Positions 25,901 to 37,811 of a stretch of DNA of 64,000 bases are shown piece by piece. Each line of letters opens with the position of its first letter. The stretch's first letter is position 1. This DNA comes from Stylophora pistillata. Taxonomy: Eukaryota. Below the pieces are notes generated by a model, which searched no databases, had not been told where the DNA came from, and was given only the letters and a program-made list of their open reading frames with translations. The stretch spans positions 160,292 through 224,291 of the forward strand of contig NW_019217968.1 of the NCBI RefSeq assembly GCF_002571385.2. Direction: 5' to 3'. The position numbers and the translations under genes are program-made.

Positions 25901-28378
25901 CTCAATAACTGCTGGTGTGATATGAAACAATATTATAGATTGCTTGTCTTACAATCGTTTTTCTTCGTTTCTAGACATTTTGGGCGAGTTTTTCTGGAAG
26001 CCGCTTTGTCACCAGACTGAATCGCAACGGAGAGAAACTCCAGTTGAATTACGACTTGATTATCACGAGGATCGGTTAGAATCAAAGGCTCATTAATTTG
26101 GAAAATTATTAGAATTATTCGAAGACTCTTGTAAATGTAATACGAAAATGAAACAAGCTCCACAGACAGTAATCATATGATCATCATACACCAAAGGGAC
26201 TAATGAAACAGCACAAAACGACAGAAGTCTGAACAGGCATCGGGATAAGACTCATACATTTGACACATTTGGTGTTGTGTCTGACTTTGGCACGATAATA
26301 AAACGAATTTTTTGCTCTTCCTAAAGGAAGCTGATCCAGAATTTTTTAAACGTAATTATTTTGTATCGAATGGGACAATTAATCCACATTTTATAATTGT
26401 GCAGATAAATACGTTTCCTAACAATGGATAAACGATGTATTGTTTTCAAAGTACTTTCGTCGAGAATACTGCTTCGTCATCACTTTCTCGGTTAGTTGTA
26501 CCACCGCATTTTTTACTCATATATATGAAATATTAATAAAACACATTAACAAATCGTGATTCCTCGGGAAAAAGTCATCTACGCCTTCGAAATTATTCCG
26601 ACTGGAATCACAACTCTAACAAACAATAAGGTGAAAAATGAACCAACAATCATCTGTTACGTGGATTGATCGACAATTTACATTTTTTTTGAGAAGAACC
26701 AAGAATTTTGTTAGTCTGCTTTTTTTTTATGCAGCAAACTTGTCATTTAGTCCTATAGAAAGGTAATCCTCATTTCTTACCTTATTTAAAAAATTTAAAC
26801 CCTCTTGACCATCTACGGACGTCTCGTCAGAAGCGTATATCGTTTTTAGTAGCTGGGACCTTTGTCCGAGTCCTTTCTGAAAGGTTCAAGTTCACTCGGT
26901 GTCTATTAAAGTCAAATGACATCAGCGACAACAAAACCCTCTCTCTTAGCTGTTTCCCAGACGCCCCATGTAAAGTTGTCCGTGGTCGTAACCGCGCCTG
27001 GGTACGAGATTAAGTATCACAAATAAAACATCCGGGTTTTTTTAAGTTCCTTGCTTTTTCTCTATTTTATGACCTCACTTTTTTTATCTCGGTAGTGTCT
27101 GGAGGTCCACGAAGTACTCGGTCTTGGAAATTGCCTGGAAATTTCTAGTTATTAATTTAGAAAAAAAAGAGGAAACACTCAAGAGTAATTGGCCAAAGTT
27201 TGAAAATGAAACATACCGCCTTTGTTAATTTATTCAACCTCCCCAGCAAATATCAGTGTTCTTAAAGGTTTACTCTGTTTTTGGTACACACTCATATTAT
27301 CCTACAGCTCAAGCATCACTATGAAGTTTTCTCCGAGAAGTCTTTGCCATACTTTGGAAACAAAAGCGTTGAATATCTTTGCCGATGTCTCACTTATACC
27401 AGGTCTGTCGCTATCGGGGTTCGAGAGGTTAAGTACCATAGTTACTATTTGAAAGAAAAAATGATTTGTTCATGCCTTGTACCGCTTACATGTGGTGTGA
27501 CAAGTTTAGTTCCAGCGTGACATTGTTTTATCTCTACTTTGATGGTGCAAAACCTCATTAAGTGTTTGCCAAATCTAGCCGCAGCGATGGGGAAATTAAC
27601 TAAAAATACAACACTCGAAAGCTGTAATTATTAAACAACGAGTCTTTTCTACATTTAAGGCTAACTCATATGTCTAAGATTAAGATTTTGCCACAAACGA
27701 CCTCTACACAGACATACTCGTTCTATTGTACGCTCATCATATAACATTACCCATCGATTTTCCACGTGTATGGCTATAATATCTAGAAAAATTCTTATGT
27801 ATAGTCTCTCTAATACTTTATAATAGAACATAAAGAAGCTAAGAACAGTTTATAGTACATATTTTACATAATTGTGTAGTCAGATGGTAAAGAGCCGAGA
27901 AGAAACCGTTGCGTGACCATCCAGCGATGGGTATGCGTGACCACCCAACGAAAGAGTAAGCGCAGCAGCTTCCTTTCTGTTATTGACATACAGAACAATT
28001 AGAGTTTCGATCAGTTGCGCATTCTTTTTTTTTTTTTTTCCAAAACGTTGCGTAAGGTAATGTATAGTAAGGTATATTGTAATAATCATGTCGCTCTAAC
28101 AGGTCTCGAACTAAGGCGAACGCTGTTTTTAGTTTTAAAACTAAACTGATTGGATTAATCCTTGTTAACGTTGTCGGTGAACCTTTTATAAAAGTGAATA
28201 GTCACTCTCATGATTACAAAGTTAGTTCAAATTTTTTCCAGGATAATCTTGACTGTTATTTCGACGATGTACCTTCCGCAAAGTAAACGGCTACTATCAT
28301 GAGCCACCCATAATGAAGCGGATGTCGACAACTGCCCCCATGACCTCCCCCTGAACATTACATGACGCTCTTCCTCAA

Positions 28379-30346
28379 TTAACGCTGCATACGGTGAACA
28401 AATTCTTTGGCTTTTTCGTCAATCTTTCTCCATATTTTATCACCATGGCGACAGGAATCTCCTGAGCCACTGTCGCAGGAATCCAAACGTACTGTTAACA
28501 TTGTTGACTGATTTCTTTTAGGGCTCACTTGCTTTCTTGAGGCTTCACTGATTGCGCTTTTTTTATGCTTCGTATCCGAATCTTTATTCATGTGCTTTGG
28601 ATCATGGTAAGTAGGTAGACTTCCTGAGGGTTTCCCTGGTTCCATGCTGTTGAGCTCATTCTTCAAATTCTGAAGATCCTCTCCAAGGGTGGTGGCTCGG
28701 TACAACATCTTGCTGAGATGTCGACATTGTTTGGATGAAGGGCCTGATGTCATTGCACATTGCATGTATGCCTGTTCGATCTCTTTTAATGTGTGATCAG
28801 AATATGTGGCAAAATACTGCTCCATTTCCTCTCGGTCTTTCACTTCTTTGCTTGGGTTCGTTCTCTTTAATTTCGAAGTAACTGTTAGGATAGGGTGAGC
28901 TGCAGCTGCAGAGATTTTAGCTGCGATGGAGAGCGAATAGTTGCATGGTTTCTCTTTTCTGCTTGGAAGGATGCTTCGATCCCAGCTGACGAAGAATTTG
29001 TTTCCACCCACATTACCTCCGAAACATTCAAAGGCATGGGCGCGAGAGGCTTTGACGGGCAACACCAGACAGTCCCTCAGTTTCTCGTACCCTTCTCTTT
29101 TGTCCGTCATTTTCAACACACGCACATCTCCTGGATGGTAACACTGGCTTCGCATCACCACAAATTTCTGGCCGGCAGTAAAACTTTCTGTCTTGTCACC
29201 TGCGACAGTGGGATTGAAGTAGCACTCACCGTTGTTCAACTTGTTAAGAGGATCACACACAGCAAACACTTCTCGAGAGTTGGGGACAAGAACTCTTGTG
29301 AACGAAGCTCTCTCCATTTCTTCCAGTTCCCACCTCTGTAAACGCTGAAGGTGCTTTCTTATGCCATCGTTAATTCCTCTGTCTTGGATTTCCTTCAGAA
29401 GATCAAACTCCCCCTTTAACTGCAGGAAATACTCTGAGGTTTTTAGGCATATGCCTTCCAGCAACTCATGGTAGCCATCTTGTAAGGCCTCTAGATTCTG
29501 GGCTGACACACCTCGTTCTTCCAGCAACATAATCATCCTAGAGTTAAGATAACCACTGACGTATGGGCTTGAATAATCCATGACATTGACGAAATTAAGA
29601 ACCTCGGGCTTTTTCCCATCAGGGTCCCGGAACTTTTGCATTGAGTTGTGGAACTGCACTTTGACTTCTTTCAGATCTTCTTTAAGAACTAACATCCCCT
29701 CGTTTCCTCGGTAGCGTACGTGGACGGCACTAGGCTTGTAGTCAAGATTTAAGACGTTTTGCACTTCGGAAGCGAATTTTACAGACATGAAACCACATCC
29801 ATCGGTGAAAGTATACGAGGAGAAAACTCCACCTGTCACATCTGGTTCGACTTTGTAATCATTTTCAGACAATTTCACAGTTTTGGTAAACGGTGGAAAG
29901 AGCGTAGCAATTTTCCTGGCACGCCTTGCCAGATTTTTCTCATCAGAAAAGTCTCCAAACTGTGACAAGAGACCGTAGATTTCTTTATGTGTTGCTGCAA
30001 TAAAGTAACACGATTTTTTCGCAAGCTGCTCATCCGAGTGGCCTAGGTAGAAGTATGAGCGTTGACGACAAAATATTCCCCTTTCCAAAACGCTTCGGCA
30101 AAAGTTGTTTGCATCTTCGACAGGCGTGATATTAAAAGTCAGCTTCATGAGATTTTCGTGATAGTCAGGCCCATCGCGTTTTCTCAGGTATTCTGTCAGC
30201 AGGGTGCTTTGGTGCTTTTCATACTCCACTTTAAAGTCATTTTGACCAGTGCCATGGAACTGAACATGAATTAGGTGGATATCATCCCGGGCAGTCTTTG
30301 CTGGCCTATGAACGCCTGATACGTCTAAGCAGAAATGGTAGGCCAT
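28379..30346 (-). CDS. RdRP paralogue D, predicted inactive (NVGGN)
   Basis: 655-aa ORF with YLGHSDEQL, FTDGCGFMS, RSQCYHPGDVR, CFGGNVGGNKFFVSWD (29000-29014). Confidence 0.9.
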   Translation of the reverse strand: MAYHFCLDVSGVHRPAKTARDDIHLIHVQFHGTGQNDFKVEYEKHQSTLLTEYLRKRDGPDYHENLMKLTFNITPVEDANNFCRSVLERGIFCRQRSYFYLGHSDEQLAKKSCYFIAATHKEIYGLLSQFGDFSDEKNLARRARKIATLFPPFTKTVKLSENDYKVEPDVTGGVFSSYTFTDGCGFMSVKFASEVQNVLNLDYKPSAVHVRYRGNEGMLVLKEDLKEVKVQFHNSMQKFRDPDGKKPEVLNFVNVMDYSSPYVSGYLNSRMIMLLEERGVSAQNLEALQDGYHELLEGICLKTSEYFLQLKGEFDLLKEIQDRGINDGIRKHLQRLQRWELEEMERASFTRVLVPNSREVFAVCDPLNKLNNGECYFNPTVAGDKTESFTAGQKFVVMRSQCYHPGDVRVLKMTDKREGYEKLRDCLVLPVKASRAHAFECFGGNVGGNKFFVSWDRSILPSRKEKPCNYSLSIAAKISAAAAHPILTVTSKLKRTNPSKEVKDREEMEQYFATYSDHTLKEIEQAYMQCAMTSGPSSKQCRHLSKMLYRATTLGEDLQNLKNELNSMEPGKPSGSLPTYHDPKHMNKDSDTKHKKSAISEASRKQVSPKRNQSTMLTVRLDSCDSGSGDSCRHGDKIWRKIDEKAKEFVHRMQR

Positions 30347-31099
30347 TTGATGAATATTTTGTAGGCCGATAGGATTCGGAGATTATATATTGGACTCTAT
30401 ATCCTATGATAAAACAAATTCAGATCGTGAATAAATGAAATATACTTACAAACACTGTGAGCGCCGCTGAGATTCCCCAACACACTCAGGCAATAGGCTC
30501 ATTTCTAGAAAGAGACTCGCGTGCCATATAATTTCAAAATGTAGCACTCTTTCCTTGTTAGTAACTTAAATATGTATGCCCCCTTCAAGACAAGGAGTAT
30601 TTAAATCAATACCCGTTATACGAAATTATCGATTCTTCATTTAATTACCTTAGGTGAATTATCAAATTATCAAATCATATCATACAATATTGCCAAATTG
30701 GAGAATGTGTGTATAATAACTTAAGACACCTGTATAAATTTGTAATTTAGCCGTGGGATTTTACATTGTTCACCCAGTCGGTTGAGGTAAAGTGCTCTGA
30801 AGGAATTCATGCTGCGCTCTAACTGAAGTAAATTAAGATAAATGTAAAACAGATATTCGAAACACGATCAGTCCACAAGTCTGGAACTGGATGCTCAGCA
30901 ATAAAATCCACAAAAAAAGATCATTCCTAACCGAAAGTGATTTTAAATTATTAAAATTTTAGTTACTGAGTATTGAGTCCCTTACCCTGCTTGTCTAAAC
31001 TTCTGTTAACCAAGTACAAGTGTTATATCTAAACCTTCTCCAGAGTTAGTATGACCTCAGTGTGTGTACCTCGTATGTGTTTTAGTTGAATTCGCACAG

Positions 31100-31300
31100 C
31101 ATTTAAGATCAGAACGACAGGGACATTCCCCTTCATACTAATAATAGCCTCAATGATTTTATGTTAATTTTTGGAACCAATCAGTACGTGCCGCGCGAGA
31201 AAGCTAACTTGTTTGTCAGGCTTTGTATTACTTATGTTTGACCTATATATAGAATGTCAGGAAAAATTCCCGCAGTGTCATCACTTTCGGTTTCCTTTCA
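31100..31300 (-). promoter_or_regulatory. Putative promoter of D: two kB-like sites, a CCAAT box and an ISRE-like site
   Basis: GGGACATTCCC 31120-31130, CCAATCAG about 31177, GGAAAAATTCCC 31260-31271, ACTTTCGGTTTC 31283-31294. These lie upstream of a conserved minus-strand donor (CAGG|GTAAGG, about 30985). Confidence 0.55.
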
Positions 31301-31581
31301 CCGAATATCACGGTTTTTGCGAGAAGCTTATTTAAACAATGTTTCTTATGGATTTTTCGCTTCCTTAAGGTTTAACGTTTAAACTTTTGACAGATATGGG
31401 TTTTTGAGGTATGAAGAGTTCTGTCAGGCTTAGATGCGCGCGACAGAATTCTCACCAAACGAAAATACTCAATAGCGCTTTATACTAATGACGTCATGAA
31501 ATTTTAGACCCCCCCGCATGACTCAGACAAATAAACGCCCCCATGACCTCCCCCTGAACATTACATGACGCTCTTCCTCAT

Positions 31582-33603
31582 TTAACGCTGCATACGGTGA
31601 ACAAATTCTTTGGCTTTATCGTCAATCTTTCTCCATATTTTATCACCACGGCGACAGGAATCTCCTGAGCCACTGTCGTAGGAATCCAAAGGTACTGTTA
31701 ACCTTGTTGATTGATTTCTTGTAGGGCTCACTTGCTCTCTTGAAGCTTCATTGATTGCGCTTTTTTCATGCTTCGTATCCGAATCTTTATTTATGTGCTT
31801 TGGATCATGGTAAGTAGGTAGACTTCCTGAGGGTTTCCCTGGTTCCATGCTGTTGAGCTCATTCTTCAAATTCTGAAGATCCTCTCCAAGGGTGGTGGCT
31901 CGGTACAACATCTTGCTGAGATGTCGACATGGTTTGGATGAAGGGCCTGATGTCATTGCACATTGCATGTATGCCTGTTCGATCTCTTTTACTGTGTGAT
32001 CAGAATGTGTGGCAAAATACTGCTCCATTTCCTCTCGGTCTTTCACTTCTTTGCTTGGGTTCGTTCTCTTTAATTTCGAAGTAACTGTTAGGATAGGGTG
32101 AGCTGCAGCTGCAGAGATTTTAGCTGCGATGGAGAGCGAATAGTTGCATGGTTTCTCTTTTCTGCTTGGAAGGATGCTTCGATCCCAGCTGACGAAGAAT
32201 TTGTTTCCACCCACATTACCTCCGAAACATTCAAANNNNNNNNNNNNNNNNNNNNNNNNNNNNNNNNNNNNNNNNNNNNNNNNNNNNNNNNNNNNNGGGC
32301 GTGAGCCTTTGACGGGCAACACCAGACAGTCCCTCAGTTTCTCGTACCCTTCTCTTTTGTCGGTCATTTTCAAGACACGCACATCTCCTGGATGGTAACA
32401 CTGGCTTCGCATCACCACAAATTTCTGGCCGGCAGTAAAACTTTCTGTCTTGTCACCTGCGACAGTAGGATTGAAGTAGCACTCACCGTAGTTCAACTTG
32501 TTGAGAGGATCACACACAGCAAACACTTCTCGAGAGTTGGGGACAAGAACTCTTGTGAACGAAGCTCTCTCCATTTCTTCCAGTTCCCACCTCTGTAAAT
32601 GCTGAAGGTGCTTTCTTATGTCATCGTCAATTCCTTTGTCTTGGATTTCCTTCAGAAGATCAAACTTTCCCTTTAACTGCAGGAAATACTCTGAGGTTTT
32701 TCGACATATGCCTTCCAGCAACTCATGGTAGCCATCTTGTAAGGCCTCTAGATTCTGGGCTGACACACCTCGTTCTTCCAGCAACATAATCATCCTAGAG
32801 TTGAGATAACCATTGACGTATGGGCTTGAATAATCCATGACATTGACGAAATTAAGAACCTCGGGCTTTTTCCCATCAGGGTCCCGGAACTTTTGCATTG
32901 AGTTGTGGAACTGCACTTTGACGTCTTTCAGATCTTCTTTAAGAACTAACATGCCCTCGTTTCCTCGGTAGCGTACGTGGACGGCACTAGGCTTGTAGTC
33001 AAGATTTAAGACGTTTTGCACTTCGGAAGCGAATTTTACAGACATGAAACCACATCCATCGGTGAAAGTATACGAGTAGAAAACTCCACCTGTCACATCT
33101 GGTTCGACTTTGTAGTCCCTTTCAGCCAATTTCACAGTTTTGGTTAACGGTGAAAAGAGCATAGCGATTTTCCTGGCCCGCCTTGCTAGGTTTTTCTCAT
33201 CAGAAAAGTCTCCAAACTGTGACAAGAGACCGTGGATTTCTTTATGTGTTGCTGCAATAAAGTAACAAGATTTTTTTCGCAACTGCTCATCTGAGTGGCC
33301 TAAGTAGAGGTATGAACGTTGACGACAAAATATTCCCCTTTCCAAAACGCTTAGGCAGAAGTTATTTGCATCTTCGACAGGCGTGATATTAAAAGTCAGC
33401 TTCATAAGATTTTCGTGAAAGTCAGGCCCATCGCGTTTTCTCAGGTATTCTGTCAGCAGGGTGCTTTTGTGCTTTTCATACTCCACATTAAAGTCATTTT
33501 GACCAGTGCCATGGAACTGAACATGAATTAGGTGGATATCATCCTGGGCAGTCCTTTCTGGCCTATCAACGTCTGATACGTCTATACATAAATGGAAGGC
33601 CAT
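31582..33603 (-). CDS. RdRP paralogue E, predicted inactive (NVGGN); recent tandem duplicate of D
   Basis: ORF nearly identical to D. It contains an N gap (32236-32296) where D and H have only about 3 codons (PHA), so the true length is about 655 aa. Confidence 0.88.
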   Translation of the reverse strand: MAFHLCIDVSDVDRPERTAQDDIHLIHVQFHGTGQNDFNVEYEKHKSTLLTEYLRKRDGPDFHENLMKLTFNITPVEDANNFCLSVLERGIFCRQRSYLYLGHSDEQLRKKSCYFIAATHKEIHGLLSQFGDFSDEKNLARRARKIAMLFSPLTKTVKLAERDYKVEPDVTGGVFYSYTFTDGCGFMSVKFASEVQNVLNLDYKPSAVHVRYRGNEGMLVLKEDLKDVKVQFHNSMQKFRDPDGKKPEVLNFVNVMDYSSPYVNGYLNSRMIMLLEERGVSAQNLEALQDGYHELLEGICRKTSEYFLQLKGKFDLLKEIQDKGIDDDIRKHLQHLQRWELEEMERASFTRVLVPNSREVFAVCDPLNKLNYGECYFNPTVAGDKTESFTAGQKFVVMRSQCYHPGDVRVLKMTDKREGYEKLRDCLVLPVKGSRXXXXXXXXXXXXXXXXXXXXXFECFGGNVGGNKFFVSWDRSILPSRKEKPCNYSLSIAAKISAAAAHPILTVTSKLKRTNPSKEVKDREEMEQYFATHSDHTVKEIEQAYMQCAMTSGPSSKPCRHLSKMLYRATTLGEDLQNLKNELNSMEPGKPSGSLPTYHDPKHINKDSDTKHEKSAINEASREQVSPTRNQSTRLTVPLDSYDSGSGDSCRRGDKIWRKIDDKAKEFVHRMQR

Positions 33604-34329
33604 TTGATGTATATTTTGTAGTCCGGCAGGGATCGGATATATTAGACTCTATATCCTATGATAAAACAGATTCAGAGCTTGAATAAATGAAATATATTTA
33701 CAAACGGTGTGAGCGCCGATAAGATTCCCTAACACACTCAGGCAATAGGTTCATTTCTGGAAAGAGGCTCGCGTGCCATATAATTTCAAAATGTAACACT
33801 CTTTCCTTGTTACTAACTTAAATATGTATGCCCCCTTCAAGACAAGGATTATTTTAATCAATATCCGTTAGACGAAATTATCGATTCTTCATTTAAATAT
33901 CATAGGTGAATTATCAAATCATCATATCATAGCATACAATATTGCTGAATTGGAGGATTTGTGTACACTAACTTAAGACACCTTGTATATAATTTGTAAT
34001 TAAGCCGTAGTTGAGGTAGGGGGCTCCGAAGGAATTAATGTTGCGCTTTCGCTGAAAGATTAATCTGAAATAGGTATACGGAACACTATCTGTCCACAAG
34101 GCTAGAACTGGATGCTCGGCAGTAAAATCCCAAAAAAATATCATTCTTAACCGATAGTGATATTGATTGAATGATTTCAATTACTAATAATTGAGTCCCT
34201 TACCCTGCTTGTCTAAACTCTTGTTAACCAAGTACAAGTGTTTATATCTAAATCTTTTCTGGAGTTATTATGACCTGTGTGTGTGCCTCGTACGCGCATT
34301 AGTTGAATTTGCATACCATTTAAGATCAG

Positions 34330-34515
34330 AAACGACAGGGACATTCCCCTTCATACTAATATTGGCCTCACTGATTTTTGTAAACGTTTTAAGATATTTG
34401 GTGGAACCAATCAGGATGCTAACTTGTTTGTCAGGCTTTGTATTCTGTTTGATCTATTATTTAGAATGTCAGGAAAAATTCCCGCGGTGTCATCACTTTC
34501 GGTTCCTTTCACCGA
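34330..34515 (-). promoter_or_regulatory. Putative promoter of E (paralogous kB/CCAAT/ISRE module)
   Basis: GGGACATTCCC 34338-34348, GGAAAAATTCCC 34472-34483, and ACTTTCGGTTCC (one T lost) at about 34495. Confidence 0.5.
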
Positions 34516-36629
34516 CCATCAAGGTTTTACGAGAAGCTTATTCAAAAAATGCTTCTTATTGATTTTTTTCCTTCCCTATCAAAGGTTTAAGCTTTTGACA
34601 GATATGGGTTTTTGAGGTATGAAGAGTTCTTTCAGGCTAAGATGCGCGCGAACGAATTCTCGCCAAAAAGAAATTCTTAATTCTTTAATTACATCACCTT
34701 TTACAAAAGGGTTTTCCGATTGATGATCAACTCTTGTTTTGACATATGAAATCTCTCTTTCTCTTACAGTTTGTTTTCGGAATTCGTCAATTCTGAAGTT
34801 CTGTCAGTTAAAACGAAAGTGAAATTTTACAGCGAAAGTGCGAAGCACACGTGTGTTTCAAATTTTTCCTTGCTTCTATGATTAATTTGCAACTGAAGTT
34901 TAGCCCTATTGAAGAGAAATTCCCCGATTTATTCAAATACATAAACATATAAACTATGCGTTTCATCGTCTAGAGGTATGAAATACGGCTACCGCAAGCG
35001 TTGAACAGGATACATGAATCCTTCCGAGACTCGAACTTACCAACTTCCGCCCGCCAATTAGCTATTTTCAGTCGTAAAGCGTGTCTTTGCGACGCGTGAG
35101 CGAATGTTTGCCAAGAGAGGCATTGGATTCATGCCACCAGTGCATTATATTTCGCGATGCAAGGGAGCACTTTACTCCTTCAGGGCCCTGTTCCCACTGA
35201 AGAAGAGACGCCTCGACCGAGAAAAATCGCCTCTTGTTTATCTGGGTCTCTTTTAAGCAAGCTTTAATGGGGTGCTAGACGTAATAAAATATATATGTAT
35301 ATTTTTTTATGGTAGACTATGACAAATATTGAGTTGACCTGACTCCACCAGAATGAACTCATGTTTAATCGTTCGTTTCAGCGAAAGAGACTGAATTTTT
35401 ACCGACATTATCAGTGGCAAGCATTCAGTACATATGAGCGATGCTTTAATTACCCTTCGAGTCACCTTTTGACAACCAAATTCGACTGTCTGGTTGATTT
35501 ACGACTACTGATTACCTACTCTGCCTGGGAATTCGTAAAACAAGCAAACCTCTTACTTTCCTACCTTGTAACTTTGCTGGTAAATTTTTTCTCCCCCTCA
35601 ACCGACTCTCCAGATGTAACTTGATAATCTTGACTCGATGTATTTCTGCTACTAAAAGCGTCACAAACTGATTCTGGTTCATCTTGTGCTGAATTTGCAT
35701 GCATATGACAATGTGTTCGGGAAATTCCCTTAGAATGTAGGCAGTCATGCAGAGTTCCTTCAATCGTTTTATTGTTTTTCCGCGGTAGTTGCATGTTGCA
35801 GAACCTTTTTTGATGCCCTTTTTGTGTTTTATTTCCTGCTTAATTTTCCTGCTTCCTTATAATTGAGAGCCCCTTAACTATCATTTTAATAACGTATTAC
35901 TGATATCGATTTAGAAATTGAGTTTCTCGGAAATACCGCAATCGAATAAACACAATGCCGAGAGAGTGCTGTTTGGTTATCTTGACATCTCCGGTATATG
36001 CTCCTCCCGCACAACTGACATATCTATAAAAAGTCTTTTCAATGTGCGGATGTTTTTCGTCTACGATCCACGACCTTTCCGACCTTAGCAAAGAAGAATC
36101 GTTAGAAAATACATTCTTCTAGAGGAGGTGGTGGCGGCGGGGGTAGTGAAAGTACTAAATGTTAATTAAAAAAAGAAAGGATTAATGTTAGGAAAATACA
36201 TAAAACAATTCAAGTACAAACTATTAGCGTCGAAAAATATCATGCTTTGCTAACAGGTGTCCAAACTTTTTCCCGCGCCGAAAGAAAATTACAGCCGGAA
36301 GACTACCCACTCTCAACCCCACAACATATTTATGGTTCGTTGCCCATTAATTACCTTTCCGATTGACTTGATTTACGAAACCAACAGCCCTTTGTTTGCG
36401 TTGTCATTTTGCAATCTGTCAGCATATGCTTTGTCAATCAAGTCTTTTTCTCAGAAATCAGCCCTCGTTTTATATGGACCGTCGCTTTTCAAGCATTCCA
36501 TACGAAGCTTCAGATGTTAAAAGGTAAACATAAAACTGCCATGACGCTAAACGTGTAATCTTGATAACAAAGCGACTAGAGAAGAGTCAAACTTTCCCTC
36601 GAAAAGTAATCTCTCAGATTAACCCGAGG

Positions 36630-36790
36630 ACTGCCCCAACTTTCGGTTTCGATCGATTACAAACAACAATTAAGAGGTGTCCTGGGCTGTAAGGAAGTGG
36701 TTCGCTGCATCAGCGTATTTCTCTGCATTCTATTAACAAAGGACAGAAGACTGAATGTGATATGTGAAGAGGACGTTAGATTGCAGGTAT
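36630..36790 (+). promoter_or_regulatory. Putative promoter and non-coding first exon of F
   Basis: ISRE-like AACTTTCGGTTTC 36638-36650. The exon ends GAGGACGTTAGATTGCAG|GTATTT and is homologous to 60720-60785. Confidence 0.5.
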
Positions 36791-37811
36791 TTTTAGCCAC
36801 TGTCCATTGTCATTACTATGAAATGTTGACTGCCATATTACTCAGCGATTATGAACACTTAAGCCCTTCACTGTCGGAACAGCTATTGACAGATCGTTTC
36901 AGAGCTAAGGAATGTTTTGTTGAATGAGTTCTTACAAGCGAGAAACGACATTTCAGATAGCTTATTGATAGTTTCACATAACCGAGACCACTTTCAACTT
37001 TAAGTTTCTCATCCGACGTAGCTAAATTCAAGTTAACTTACTGGTTTGTTTTGAGCACGAAAATGAGTGGCGATAGATTCTTCATTGTAAATTTTAATCC
37101 TGAATGAGGTAAGTCGTTCGAAACGTTTGCGTAAAGCTTTCAGTCTGGGGAAAATTCCTCGAAATTTGTTTTAATGCATTGATGTGTTGGAGTGAAAGTT
37201 AAATAGAGGGGAAAACTTCAGGTTTAGTTCACAGTTCACCACATAAGTTTACAAGGGGTTTCTTTTAAGATTATAATTTTCAGGTGGAATTATTTCTGTT
37301 CAGTCTATTGTTGAGTGTTGTATTGAAACAGTCAGATCCCCTCTTTCCAAGCTACGCGAGAGATTGCCAAAAAAATGGTATTGTACTTGCCGAATCTGGA
37401 GTAGCAGGGGCAATGTCTGAGGGAAATAAAAGTCACTATGTCAAATCGAGCAGATTTCAGTGGCTGACAGTACATTGTAATAATATACAACAATATAATA
37501 TGTAAAGGTAAAACTTTTATTGGCTGCCTTATCATTTTCATAGCAATAATGGCATCAGTCATCCGTGTTTTACTTCAGCACTGTTACGTATTCAATACAT
37601 TCGACTAGTGTTTTTCTTCATTACCGCAAAAAAATTTTTTCTTTCAAGTCGAAAATAATTTTTTGATAGCAAAATTAGCTGGAATAAAACTGAACAGAAC
37701 CAAGAAGTGGTTGACCTTTAAGGTCGTTATATCATGCTCCTTTTTTCCTTGAAAGTCTGGCTCATGATTGCCTTCCTTCAACAGGTTTACTCGAAGAAAG
37801 GCTTCCCTGGC

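Noticed and set aside
32236-32296. Apparent 20-aa insertion next to the catalytic loop of E
   Set aside because: It is an oversized N gap; the flanks match D and H with only about 3 codons missing.
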